The notes under the pieces: generated by a model
Told to the model about the DNA's origin: nothing
Databases searched by the model: none
The model's input: the letters and a program-made list of their open reading frames with translations, nothing else
Shown: positions 25,547 through 36,688 of the stretch, in pieces
Layout: each line of letters begins with the position of its first letter
Position numbering within the stretch: position 1 is the stretch's first letter
Made by a program: the position numbers and the translations under genes
Assembly: GCA_977017575.1 (NCBI GenBank)
Contig: CDRNVI010000053.1
Location: forward strand, 186,001-250,000
Reading direction: 5' to 3'
DNA from: Paramoeba atlantica
Lineage: Eukaryota; Protista; Discosea
Length of the DNA: 64,000 bases

Positions 25547-25754
25547 TTATTGAAGGGAATATCCTAGTGTGCCCCCCTCCCATTCAAGGGATTCCCGTTG
25601 GGTCCATATTACAAAGCTTCCACGAACTGCAGCGGCACACATGCTCTGTAGGCATTTAAAAGCTAACGGCTTATTGCCGTTAAAAAGGCTGTATAGATGA
25701 TTGCATGTGGTGTTCGGAAGACCTCTTGCCCCGATTTCAAATACTAGTAGATGA
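25547..25754 (-). pseudogene. HERO/NeSL-like RLE retrotransposon, extreme C-terminus (downstream of the IS30 insertion)
   Basis: HLLVFEIGARG...AAVRGSFVIWTQR. Confidence 0.75.
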
Positions 25755-27201
25755 TGTGGATTGTCATACTCAGAGCAACACCTTTTTGTCATACTCAGTG
25801 CAACAAAAATGAGAAAAATATGGGTGTGTTCCGGATGTCAGGATTTTCGCATACTCAGTGCAACACTGTTTTTTCGGTCGGACAGCACCACGAACGGACG
25901 CGGGATTGTATGAGCCACGGACGCGGGATTGTATGTAAGAAACAATGGATTAAGAAAAAAAAATTATATAAGGAGAAGAAAAAAGGAGTACCTGGATAAT
26001 CGATATTGACGGAACAACATAACGCGTTTCTTTAGTAAAGAGATAAACTTTTTACCTTTACTGCTTTACAACTTACGGCTATACAACTTACTGCTTTCAG
26101 TATAGTACCGTCTCTTTATAGTAAAATTTAAGTCTCTTTGGGGAGACCCATTTCAAGCACTTTCGTGGCCGTTTGTTCAGTTTGTTGACCGTCTTACTAA
26201 CTTCGCGCTGTGTCAACTCCCCAAAAGTATCTGACTTGGTGTGATACTACCGGACCAGACCATTCATGTTTTCAACGGCCCCCTTTTCCCACGAATGGTA
26301 AGGATGACAAAAGTAAGATTTGCATCCTAACTTCTTGTTGATGGCTTCATGATTGGTATTTTCAGTTCCATTGTCATACGTTATGGTATGCACTTTGTAT
26401 TTCTTTAAGGCTTTCAGCACCTGTGTTTCAACTTGTTTTGACTGCTTGGATTGAAATACACGAAGGACAACAAACCTACTCTTTCGTTCACAAAGGGTCA
26501 GGATGAAATACCCACTTTTCTTTGCTCCCTCAATTAAATCGGCCTCCCAATCACCATACCGACGTCGTGTGTTTACTATTTGGGGACGATGATCGATAGA
26601 AACCCGGTTTGGAATGGTACTTCGACCATGAATGCGTCGAACATAAGGCCGCCTTCCGCGGATCCGTAGGCACTTATGAATCTTCCCCCATTGTCTTTGT
26701 CTCGACGAACAAATCGATAGATTGTGGAAGTGGATGGTGAACCTTGTGAGCCGACAACAAGTGTATTAGCAACCTGCTCCGGGCTGTGAAGCTTTCGGAG
26801 ACGGGTCTTTACATTTTTTTCAAGACTGGCTCGAATTAGACGTGGTCTGGCCCCTTTATTAACCAGTCGTCTCTTGGCAACACGATGGGCACGGCTGGAA
26901 CGGTATTGCCCACCTCTGTTCCTGTTGCGTGCCAGCTCACGACATACCGTACTTGGGGACTTATCAATCGATCGGGCAATTTCCCTCTTCGTTGCGCCAC
27001 TTTCAAACATCGTTTGAATATCTTTGCGATTGCTTTCAGATAATCTTCTGTACTTTTGCATGAATGAACTCAATTATGTAGAAATTAGTATATGAAGTGT
27101 ACTATGTAGAAATTAACCTTTTGTTGCGCTGAGTATGACAATTATTATTATTTTGTTGCACTGAGTATGACAATTTGTTGCACTGACATTGACAATCCAC
27201 C
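25755..27201 (-). mobile_element. IS30-family insertion sequence, full length (1447 bp)
   Basis: 26-bp TIRs (21/26 identical) TGTGGATTGTCATACTCAGAGCAACA, TGA target duplication (25752-54 / 27202-04), three TGTCATACTCAGTGCAACA-like motifs at each end, IS30 transposase. Confidence 0.92.
26066..27073 (-). pseudogene. IS30-family transposase (~335 aa; frameshift ~26683, in-frame TAG at 26247-26249)
   Basis: HTH REIARSIDKSPSTVCRELARN, HSPEQVA, TIYRFV; second frame reads IPNRVSIDHRP, GDWEADL, TITYDNGTE, FCHPYHSWEKGAVENMNGLVR, LNKRPRKCL. Confidence 0.92.
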
Positions 27202-27900
27202 TGACATCTCGGGTTAGACATTCTGCGGCGGTGTAGTATGGCATTGTATTTGTCGCGTTTCCGTTGGTGTGACGCATCCATGGCCTCCTCCCATGGCACT
27301 ATCAGTTCGATTATGTATTCTGTTCCATCACTGAGTGTCACAAGTGCATCTGGGCGTAATAGGATGTCTGAAAACCACCAGGATGGAAGATTCCGCTCCC
27401 CTGGTAGATCGAAATGCTGTTGGGCTGTGTTCTGGGAGGCTCGAAGAAACTTTGATAACTCTTTAAGGACAAAGTTATGACGGAGCGTGTATCTATCTTG
27501 CGTGAGGGCAACTTTGCAACCAGTAAGTATGTGTCGTACGGTTTCCGTTTCTCTCTTACACAGAGTACATTTGGTGTCCGTGTACATTGTGATTCCCCAT
27601 CTTCTTCGGTTTGCCTTCGTGGGGAGCGCCGTAGTTGTCATGGCGGCAGCGTGGAAACGTGATATTTTCTCATTTCTGTTACCGTTGACAGCAGCTACAC
27701 AAAAAAATCCACCTGGCACTATCCCCACTGGCAGGCTGGAATATGAACGATTACTAGCCCGCTCAAGCTATCGCAAAGTAAATCACGTCCAAATAGCCTC
27801 CTGGCGTGACATCTGTCACGGTATTACAATAGGATGCTCTTCTGCCTCGGAAGCCGAAAAGCTCAATGTAGCCTGACACCTTCTTGGGGCCGTCAAACGC
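27202..27900 (-). pseudogene. HERO/NeSL-like RLE retrotransposon fragment (zinc knuckle + endonuclease)
   Basis: LPTKAN, CTLC..HILTGC, RYTLRH, LRPD, ELIVPWE, KRDKY. Confidence 0.85.
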
Positions 27901-27949
27901 TACCTCTTTATCCCCTCAGAAAAACTAAGCCACCGACAGCTGGCGCACG

Positions 27950-30660
27950 AACTTCGTTCACGTTTTTTAAAACCTGATCAGGAATGCAATCCTCCGAAAA
28001 CGCCCATTCCTCCAGCTAATGATAAATCCTCAGCGGCAGAGAAACGATCGCTTAGACTTCTTAGAAGTAGAGCGATATCGAAGGCCGCGCGCGCCCTAGA
28101 CAGTACGGAGAGAGATCCCCTCACCCCAGCAGAGATAAAGCGGGCCGCGGCCGTTTTACACCCACGCAGTATCGCTTCCCTATGCCGCGCCCCTCTGAGG
28201 ACACTACGGTCAACGTAGCTGGTCCAGATACCATTGAAGCGAATCGGCGGATGCTCCTGCGGCGGATGCTCAGCTCCTGGCCCCTCAGGTTGGACCCGCG
28301 AACTCTTGTCCCCCATCTCCTTATGGACGAACATGTTCTAGCATGCGTCGTCTGGATTGTAAAGCGAGCGTTGGAAAACACAGCTCCACCAGGCCTACGA
28401 AATGCCCTAACGCAGAGCGACTTATGTCTCTTCAGGAAAGATGACATCCCAAGTGACACCCCCGCATGCCGCCCGATTGCTTTGGGAGAGCTATTTTTAA
28501 AACTAGCGAGCTCCTATGCACGGTCTCAAGTTTCGAGCTTCACGGAGAAAAAATTCAAAGATATTCAATTTGGTGTGGGTGCACCACATGGAACGCATCA
28601 CATCATTTTTCGTTCACGTCGTGCTTTCAGAAGCAGTGTGAACAATACTCTACTAACAGTTGACCTTAAAAATGGCTTCAATACGATTGAACGAGCTTTT
28701 ATTGCTAGAGTCATACGTCAATGCCTCCAATTACAACCTCTGATTGGGATCTTTCTCTTCGCATACAGTCTAGTCTTATTCGTGGACTCGAACCCATCTC
28801 TAGCAGCCGAGGCGTACGTCAGGGAGAGGCGTTAGCACATTTATAATGCATATTAACTGCACGTTTATAATGCATACTAAGCGGCACATTCAAATGCATA
28901 TAGCACATTCACATGCATAACAGCACATTCACATGCATAATGCACATTCACATGCATATTAAGCGGCACATTCACATGCATAAAATTTTAGGCACGGATT
29001 TCAACTTTTTCGAAGTTGGTGCGGGGTGCTATGGAAGCTCACCTTTGCTCCCGGTGAGGCCCCGGAGTTGCGAGAGGCCTCCATACCCCACAACTACCAC
29101 CTTCCCCCCCTATTTAGCGGGGGTCGCGCGAGCGACCCCTGATAAATGGGGGGAAGGTGGTAGTTGTTTTGGGGGAAATGAGAGGCCGAACGCACGGAGG
29201 GGCCGGCCGGGCCAATGAGCCAATAATATCTACACGTTTTTTGAATTTTGTGATTAAAAGGGAAGGATCAACAAAATTGAGAAATATGCATGTGAATGTG
29301 CTATATGCATGCGAATGTGCTATATGCATTTGAATGTGCTGTTATGTATGTGAATGTGCCGCTTAGTATGCAATATCAATGTGCAGTAAATATGCATTTG
29401 TATGTGCTATATGCATGTGAATGTGCTGTTATGCATGTGAATGTGCTGTTATGCACCTGAATGTGCTATATGCATGTGAATGTGCTAATATGCATCTGAA
29501 TGTGCTATATGCATTATAAATGCGCCGCTTAGTATGCATTATAAATGTGCGGGCGGCAGATCCTTTGCACCATCTACCCAAGCAGGCAGCTTTGACTCTC
29601 TTCCGACACTGTGGAGCAGTAAGAAGGAATCACATAGTACAGAGTCACGAATTGGAATCAACATTGGAGGCGAACAGGCAGATTGACGCTGCAGTAATGA
29701 ATTTCGCGGAAGAGCTACTAGGTGGGTCCGGAACGCTTGAGAAGAACCCGTTGCAAAATAAAACTTTTACGGGTGACCTCATCGGATCCACTCTTTGGCG
29801 AAAACGCGGAGCAGCTTTATTCTGATACCCCCCACGCGGTCTACCCCCCCCCGAGTCTCATTTTGGCGGAAGAGCACAGTCTTCAAACAAACTCGAATTA
29901 CGAACACCCCTAAGTCATAAGCACAAGGCTCTCTTCGCGCAGCTCTCCAACAAATATTCGAAATACTGGATGGAAGCGGTCCCTAATCGCCCCGAATTTT
30001 ACCGACGCGACTCGGAGTGGCAGACTGCCCTCCGCATGCGTTATCTCCTAAGCCTAGTGTCGTCCCCAAGCATACAATGTGTATTCGGGGAACTGCATCC
30101 CAATGACTACTTCCCAGTGCATGCTCTTGATTGCAGTCGAGCACGCGGCAAGACGGGAGCATCGAGACACGCCCTAGTAAAATCATGCTCCTCAAATATT
30201 TTGAGACAGTATGGATTTAACCCCGACATTATGGAGCCCAGCTTCGAAGAAGGAAAAGGCCTAGACTTATTATTTCAAATGGGACATCAACTTGTTATGG
30301 TGGATGTCACAACAGCCAACCCATTAGCTCCTTCTTACGTAGAGATGGAGAGTAAAGCGCCCGGAAAAACCCTTGTCCGGGCAGAGGCCACGAAGCACAA
30401 GACCTACGACAGTCTTGCAGCAACACATGTAATGAAGCCTTTTCCCCTAGCCTTTTCTGCATTCGGTGTTCCCGGAAACGAAACTCTAGCATTTCTACGG
30501 AAGTGCGGAGGGTACACGTCGGACAGGCACGGTTTTCTCCGCCATGCTATACAACGTGGCCATACAACGTGGCAACGCCCAAATCATTTCGGCCGCCACG
30601 TTTCAATGGCGGCAAACGGGTATCTTGTAGGGAGTAATTATTCATAAATAATATAAAAAA
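27950..30660 (+). mobile_element. second degenerate CRE-like non-LTR retrotransposon, interrupted at ~28828-29550
   Basis: RPIALGE, QFGVG, VDLKNGFN and GVRQG (RT); RHALVK, GLDL, VDVTTANP (RLE); A-rich 3' end. Confidence 0.85.
28828..29550 (-). mobile_element. palindromic-core element with inverted satellite arms (foldback architecture)
   Basis: Ends GCACATTTATAATGCAT / ATGCATTATAAATGTGC; 19-20-bp ATGCAT satellite arms; core hairpin at ~29090-29165. Confidence 0.75.
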
Positions 30661-31004
30661 AACAAAAAAGTTGTAATTAGCTTTTTTGAACCCTACCTGG
30701 CTAGCGGGGGTAGGGGGTCGCTCGAGTGAAAAGGACCTCGGATTCGGAACGATTGGGTCGAAAAACGGTGGTAGTCATTTAAAGGCCCAAATTCAATTTT
30801 TTGCCTACACAATTTATGGTAACTTATACAACGAAGGGTAACTTTGCACCAATTAAGGTACTAAATTATTGAAGCAATTAAAAAGCAATTGAACTTTTAG
30901 CAAAATTTTAGACGTAGTCTTTTTCCTTCGGAATAGAGATTCTATTCGATTCAGGTAAGATTGTCCGTATTCACGAATATCCTGACTGACAACTACTGTA
31001 AGTA

Positions 31005-32351
31005 ATGAGTGGCACTAAGCTAGGTCTTGGAATAGAATCTTCTGCGAACAAATTAGCAGTAGGCATCGTAAGCTCCGAAGGCAGTGTGATGGCAAATGTG
31101 CGTAGAACCTATACTCCGACCATAGGATCCGGATTTCTACCTCGAGAGACAACGCGGCATCATGAAACTTACATTCTAGAATTAATCAAGTCTGCACTCG
31201 AGAAGGCACATCTAACAAGGCCTTCCCATGATATCGACTTGATATGCTACACCAAGGGCCCTGGAATGGCTGGCCCTCTTTCTGTGGGTGCCACGGTGGC
31301 TCGTACACTCTCTCAATTATGGGGAAGACTGAGGGCTACGTACCTTGCTGATGTTCAGCTTGGTATTTACAGATGCAAAACAAAACAAGCCCAGGATTCA
31401 GGGATCCCGGACGGCAAATTGCTGCTCTTGCCAATAGTTGGTGTAAATCACTGTGTTGCTCACATAGAAATGGGGCGTTTGATTTGTGAATCATCCAATC
31501 CTGTGGTTTTATATGTAAGTGGAGGAAATACACAAGTGATCGCATATCGCGACAATAAATATCATATTTTCGGAGAAACCTTGGACATTGCTGTAGGAAA
31601 CTGTCTCGATAGATTCGCCCGTATGTGCAACCTCAGCAACGAACCGTCCCCGGGGTATAATGTGGAATTAGCAGCGCAGAAGAGCAGACTCCATTCTTGT
31701 TTGCAGCATGTTCAGAATACGGATGATATGCCACATGTACTTGAATTGCCATACGCAGTTAAAGGAATGGACATGAGTTTTACTGGTATATTGTCTTTGA
31801 TTCAGAGGTACATCATATCATTTAGCACAGACGACGCGATTGATCAGAGAATTTTGTGTAGAAAAATTATGGATTGTTGTTACATTTTCCAGGAAACCAT
31901 ATTCTCTATGCTAGTGGAGGTAACTGAACGTGTGATGGCACACTGTGGTGCAACAGAAGTGCTAATGGTTGGTGGAGTGGCCTGTAATGCGAGACTTCAA
32001 GAAATGATGAGGAAAATGGTATATCACCGTGAATCAATGGTCCTTGCTCATCGAAAAGGGACGCGTAGCAAATACATCTCGCATGACATGGATGAGCGAT
32101 ACTGCATTGACAACGGGTGTATGATTGCTCATACTGGTTTACTGCATGACAGATCTACATGTGATCTTAACAGCTCCTCCAATGAAAATCACTCCAGCGC
32201 TGCCGAAGTCGAATCACAGAATGACATACGCCAACGTCTGGAAAGGTGTGGTATACGTCAAAGATATAGAACAGATGAAGTTCACATTCCGTGGCGCTCC
32301 TCCCTAAATGATGAACAACGAAATGGGTCACCCGCATCCGGAAATAAATAG
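31005..32351 (+). CDS. KAE1: tRNA N6-threonylcarbamoyltransferase Kae1/OSGEP
   Basis: LGIESSANK, VNHCVAHIEMG, YVSGGNTQV, GETLDIAVGNCLDRFAR, VGGVACN, IDNG, RYRTDEV. Confidence 0.95.
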   Translation: MSGTKLGLGIESSANKLAVGIVSSEGSVMANVRRTYTPTIGSGFLPRETTRHHETYILELIKSALEKAHLTRPSHDIDLICYTKGPGMAGPLSVGATVARTLSQLWGRLRATYLADVQLGIYRCKTKQAQDSGIPDGKLLLLPIVGVNHCVAHIEMGRLICESSNPVVLYVSGGNTQVIAYRDNKYHIFGETLDIAVGNCLDRFARMCNLSNEPSPGYNVELAAQKSRLHSCLQHVQNTDDMPHVLELPYAVKGMDMSFTGILSLIQRYIISFSTDDAIDQRILCRKIMDCCYIFQETIFSMLVEVTERVMAHCGATEVLMVGGVACNARLQEMMRKMVYHRESMVLAHRKGTRSKYISHDMDERYCIDNGCMIAHTGLLHDRSTCDLNSSSNENHSSAAEVESQNDIRQRLERCGIRQRYRTDEVHIPWRSSLNDEQRNGSPASGNK

Positions 32352-32386
32352 AGAATATAAAATAGAAATGTTACTTCTCTCTTTTT

Positions 32387-32485
32387 TAGGCCCTGCGTTA
32401 AATCCGGTGGTTGTTTTCAACTTGGAAGCCACTCATGCTGCGCACTTCGCGATGAAAACTACCTCCGCGTTTAACGAAGAGCCTA
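32387..32485. mobile_element. ~100-bp MITE family (TAGG...CCTA); other copies at ~8370-8465, ~45405-45630, ~56915-57010, ~62810-62850
   Basis: Inverted arms GTGGTTGTTTTCAAC / GAAAACTACCTCCGCG around CATGCTGCGC(A/G)CTTCGCG. Confidence 0.7.
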
Positions 32486-33037
32486 AACAAATTGGTCGGG
32501 CTGAAAAAAGCTGATGGATTCGAGCAAAAAATAGAAGATTTTTAGCCAAAAATTGGGAGATTATTGTGTATTTTTGTGTTTCAAAGTTTGGGGAATATTT
32601 TTGAGCCCCTAAACTAACTTCCGGACATTTTGAAACGCATTTTACTCGCCGACGGCATAACAAATAATCGAAAAAAAGTTATGATTTTCTCGGCCTTGAA
32701 AAGTGGCCAGCTGGCCACGCCCTGGCACAATGGTGGGTCAAAGTAAATGACTTTTGCATAAGTCAAGGACTTTTGCATAAGTCAAGGACTTTTGCAGAAG
32801 TCAATTTTTAGCAGGGACCCCCTTTATATGAGTTGGTCCATTGCGACTCATGTATAGCACCATCATACAGATCTGTCATTATACTACCGAATTACCCCCT
32901 GGTTTGGGTCCTGGGGAGAATATTTGGAGGCAACAATGTGCATGACATTTTGCCAAAAAAATACCTTTTTCGGCGATGTTGACCTTACGATATCCCACTC
33001 GCACATTGATAATGCATAGAGCACATTGATAATGCAT

Positions 33038-33063
33038 AAAGATACAGTTTCTGTACCTTGTTG
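33038..33063 (+). other. spliced-leader (mini-exon) 3' part remnant
   Basis: AAAGATACAGTTTCTGTACCTTGTTG resembles the euglenozoan SL exon end ...AAAG(A/C)TACAGTTTCTGTACTTTATTG; not followed by the GT intron. Confidence 0.7.
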
Positions 33064-33654
33064 TTCATCTTTTCTTTCCCCGGCAACGGGCATAATCTTA
33101 CTGTTTTATATGCCCGTTGCCGGCCGGCACTAAGGCCGAAACTGTCCCTCTTTCTCGGCGAAGTAGGGGACGCGCTTCCACCCCATCACCCCTCCCCGGC
33201 TCACTCCTTGAGTGGGTTTTCTTCCCTCCCCGGCTTTCTTCCCTTCGCGCCCTTTCCTTCCCGGGGAGCCATGCGCCATGGTGGCCTCCCTTGAGGACCA
33301 CTGGGCGTGGCTCTGCCTCGTCTTATCGCGAGGCAGCGGTCGGTTGCAGTGCGCCCCTCCGGCTGCGTAAAGAGGTGGTGAGTTGCCTGGACCACCTCTA
33401 CCGACTGGGACCGAGTCGGTTGCAGTGCGCCCCTCCGGCTGCGTAAAGAGAGGGCGAGTTGCCTGGACCCCCTCTACCGACAGAGTCCGAGCTAAACCCG
33501 CTTGGTGCGACATCCGTCAATACGGAATGTGCCGATGATATCGGCTGTCGCATCAAGGGCTGTATCTCTGCGCCAACGAGCGCATGAACATCAACTACTG
33601 CACATTGATAATGCATAACGTGCCGCACATTGATAATGCATATAGCACATCCGT

Positions 33655-33890
33655 TAGGGTGGCCAGGTGGCTACTTTTTCAGAGGGTGGCCAAGTGGCCA
33701 CTTTTTCAGGGGGTTGTCAGCTGGCCATTTTTTCGGAGGGTGACCAGGTGGCCACTTTTTCAGGGGGTGTCCAGATGGGAACTTTTTCGGGGGGTGGCCA
33801 GGTGGCCTCTTTTCCAGGGGGCGGCCAGGTGTCCACTTTTTCAGGGGGTAGTCATCTGGCCACTTTTTTGCGGGGTGGCCAGGTGCTCAC
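33655..33890. repeat. 27-bp TGGCCA satellite
   Basis: Same unit as 5677-6480. Confidence 0.88.
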
Positions 33891-35124
33891 AGTTGGGCCT
33901 TGCTCGCAGACGGGGGGTTTTGCCTCCAGAAGTGGGCTTCGCTCACAGTTGGGCCTTGCCTCTGGACAATCCTGCGGAAGTGGCGGACATAGGTTCTCAT
34001 TGCACGGGGTCCAAAAAATACAGCATCCCTCCTCCATTTCCTACGCATACGCAAGTCACAAATGTCACAGATATCAACACTAAAACTAGGCATCGCAGTA
34101 TAGGAAAATAAATACACAATCCTACGGAAGTGGCAGACATAGGTTCTCAGTGCGCTCCAGCGCGCGGGTCGCCAAAAAATATAATTATGTCCCAGGGCTA
34201 CGCTCACAGTTCGGCCTTGCTCGCAGACGGGGGGGTTTGCCTCCAGAAGTAGGCTTCGCTCACAGTTGGGCCTTGCTCGCAGACGGAGGTTTTGCCTCCA
34301 GAAGTGGGCTTCGCTCACAGTTGGGCCTTGCCTCTGGACAATCCTGCGGAAGTGGCAGATATAGGTTCTCAGTGGTAATTCTTCTCTAAATTGTGCGTAT
34401 TCGTTTCTTTTTGTCCCATTTCTTCACGCGCAAAGTCCTTGTGTTGAGATCTGCAAAATGCAACAAAAATCAGCTCAAAAGGACATTTGTACGAAAAAAA
34501 AGAGGGGGGTCACTTTTCGTGAGCGGGGGTTTATATTCAAGTTTAAAACCTAAAAGTGATGAGGCTGAGTGTTTGTGTAGTAAAGGGTGCGGTATAGTTG
34601 AGTGTACAAAAGCCTGCAGAGACTGGCTTAAGGAGCATATCCATAACGTGGCGTACGACCCTAAAAAACCGGGTAAGTGCGCCAAGTCATAATGTTCACG
34701 CTTTCTAGATTACCACACTACCGATATTTCACAAAAAAAAGTATGAATCTTGGTTAGAACATAAAAAATGTACACATATTTGCTTTTGATTATCCTTTGA
34801 TCAAATACAATCTTAACTCAGATTTTTTCTACGCAATTGTTGAAATATGACGCAAGGAAGATTGACCGAGACCGCACTGAGGCCGCACCGATACATCACA
34901 CCTTTATGTAGAGAAGGCGTTCGGATCTCTCTGAAACCGCGCGAAACCGCGGCGAAACTGCGCGAAACCGTGCTGACACAGCACCCGCAGCCCCTCAAGA
35001 ACAAACCCCCCAGAACAAACCCTCCTTACCTCCACCCGCACACACCCACAACAAACCCTTCCTACCTCCACCCGTACACACCCAGAACAAACCCTCACTG
35101 CCTCCACCCGTACTCACCGGCACC

Positions 35125-35240
35125 CGCACCCTTATCTGTCATAGAAATTCGCACCTTTATCTGTCATACAGCACCCTTATCTGTCATATAAGCCGCACCC
35201 TTATCTGTCATACTAAGGTGCACCCTTATCTGTCATAATA
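35125..35240. repeat. GCACCCTTATCTGTCATA minisatellite (also 37760-37942; related array 46815-47015)
   Basis: Tandem ~20-25-bp units. Confidence 0.85.
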
Positions 35241-35630
35241 CATTTTTTGTTAATTTTCTGTGAATGACGGTGAAAGGTAGAGTCAGCACACGCATCGATT
35301 CAACTCATCGGTCTCATATCGCATTGTTATATAATAACGGAGAGATGTCACAGGAGGAGTTTATTCATTTGTGCTTTCCTTATCAATTTTCCCAAAAGAG
35401 ATCCCTTGGGCGTGCAAGTTTGATCTCAATAATTAGTATCAAAAAATTCATGCTTTTTTTTTTGGGCTTCTTTTTCGCGTCCGCAGTTCCGGTTTTTCTC
35501 TCTCTTTATGATATCTAGACCTTGTCGTATCTGGGATTTCTGTGGTTTGTCTCGGTGTCGTCCAATACAACTGATCATCACCTAGGGCTTCGCAAATGCT
35601 TCCCACGAACTCAGCGTCACACTTTAACGT

Positions 35631-35810
35631 GACTCAGTGGCCCGGCCGGCCCCTCCGTGCGTTCGGCCTCTCATATTCCCCAAAACAACTACCACCTTCC
35701 CCCCATTTATCAGGGGTCGCTCGCGCGACCACCGCTAAATAGGGGGGGAAGGTGGTAGTTGTGGGGTATGGAGGCCTCTCGCAACTCCGGGGCCTCACCG
35801 GGAGCAGAGA
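35631..35810 (+). mobile_element. palindromic-core repeat (at least 10 full or partial copies between 29 and 51 kb)
   Basis: 19-bp perfect arms CAACTACCACCTTCCCCCC / GGGGGGAAGGTGGTAGTTG within a ~110-bp imperfect palindrome. Confidence 0.8.
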
Positions 35811-35852
35811 CGAGTGTTCACTATCTCTTGAAAACACCTTTAGTTTCCAAAT

Positions 35853-36015
35853 AATGCATCATCAATGTGCTATATGCATTATCAATGTGCTGTATGCATT
35901 CTCAATGTGCTGTATGCAATATCAATGTGCTATATGCATTATCAATGTGCTATATGCATTATCAATGTGCTATATGCATTATCAATGTGCAGTAACTATG
36001 CATTATCAATGTGCG
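35853..36015. repeat. 20-bp satellite ATGTGCTATATGCATTATCA (also 39580-39838, 32998-33037, 33595-33648)
   Basis: Tandem 20-bp units. Confidence 0.9.
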
Positions 36016-36344
36016 AGTGGGGACCCACAACAAACCTCCCTTGCCTCCTCCCGTACACACCCGCAAGAAACGCTCACTGTAGCAATATTCTCATAATTTA
36101 TGAGAAGTGTGAGTGGCTCTTCTACATAAAAAAGTCGGAAGGGGCGTATGGTGAGGGCCCGCGTGGTAGGCCTGAGCCATACGCGGCGTCGTTAGTGGCA
36201 AGCAATTTGCGAAGCCCAGTTTAGCAACAACCACCGCTTTTTGACGAAGCAGCTACCACCGCGACATCGTTAAAGTTAAAATATTCGTTTCGATGAGTAC
36301 TCATCCAAACTACGCCAATCTGGCTTAAAAGTTAAATTTTAAAA

Positions 36345-36416
36345 TTCCGATACCGGGAATCGAACCCGGGTTTTGCGGGTGAGAGCCGCATGTGCTACCG
36401 ACTATACCATATCGGA
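36345..36416 (-). tRNA. tRNA-Glu(CTC)
   Basis: Cloverleaf TCCGATA/TATCGGA, anticodon loop CT-CTC-AC, GGTTCGATTCC. Confidence 0.95.
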
Positions 36417-36491
36417 ACAAGAATGTAACGGATGAAATGTTTGGAATTGAGAATAGGAGGCTTGATGAATTACCGCTGTGCACATCAAATA

Positions 36492-36563
36492 GGCTGAATG
36501 GTCTAGTGGCATGATTCCCGCTTAGGGTGCGGGAGGTCCCGGGTTCGATTCCCGGTTCAGCCC
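36492..36563 (+). tRNA. tRNA-Pro(AGG)
   Basis: CCCGC-TT-AGG-GT-GCGGG, T-loop, T5 terminator. Confidence 0.96.
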
Positions 36564-36585
36564 TTTTTCTGTACATGGAAACAAA

Positions 36586-36658
36586 TACCTCAGACGGGAC
36601 TCGAACCCGCAACCTTTGGCTTAGGAAGCCAACGCCTTAACCATTAGGCTACTGAGGC
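36586..36658 (-). tRNA. tRNA-Arg(CCT)
   Basis: TTGGC-TT-CCT-AA-GCCAA, GGTTCGAGTCC. Confidence 0.95.
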
Positions 36659-36688
36659 GCCTGAACTGATGTGGGATGGAGGAGAAAA

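Noticed and set aside
25755-27201. Bacterial contamination or chimera as the source of IS30
   Set aside because: The TSD and exact in-frame restoration of the flanking eukaryotic ORF argue against it, though read confirmation is still needed
33118-33175. Hammerhead-like GGCC-loop-GGCC-GAAAC
   Set aside because: No CTGANGA core upstream and no stem III ending in NUH
35780-35810. Similarity of CCGGGAGCAG to SRP RNA helix 8
   Set aside because: Only the short motif matches, it lacks the GNRA-capped helix, and it lies in a multi-copy repeat
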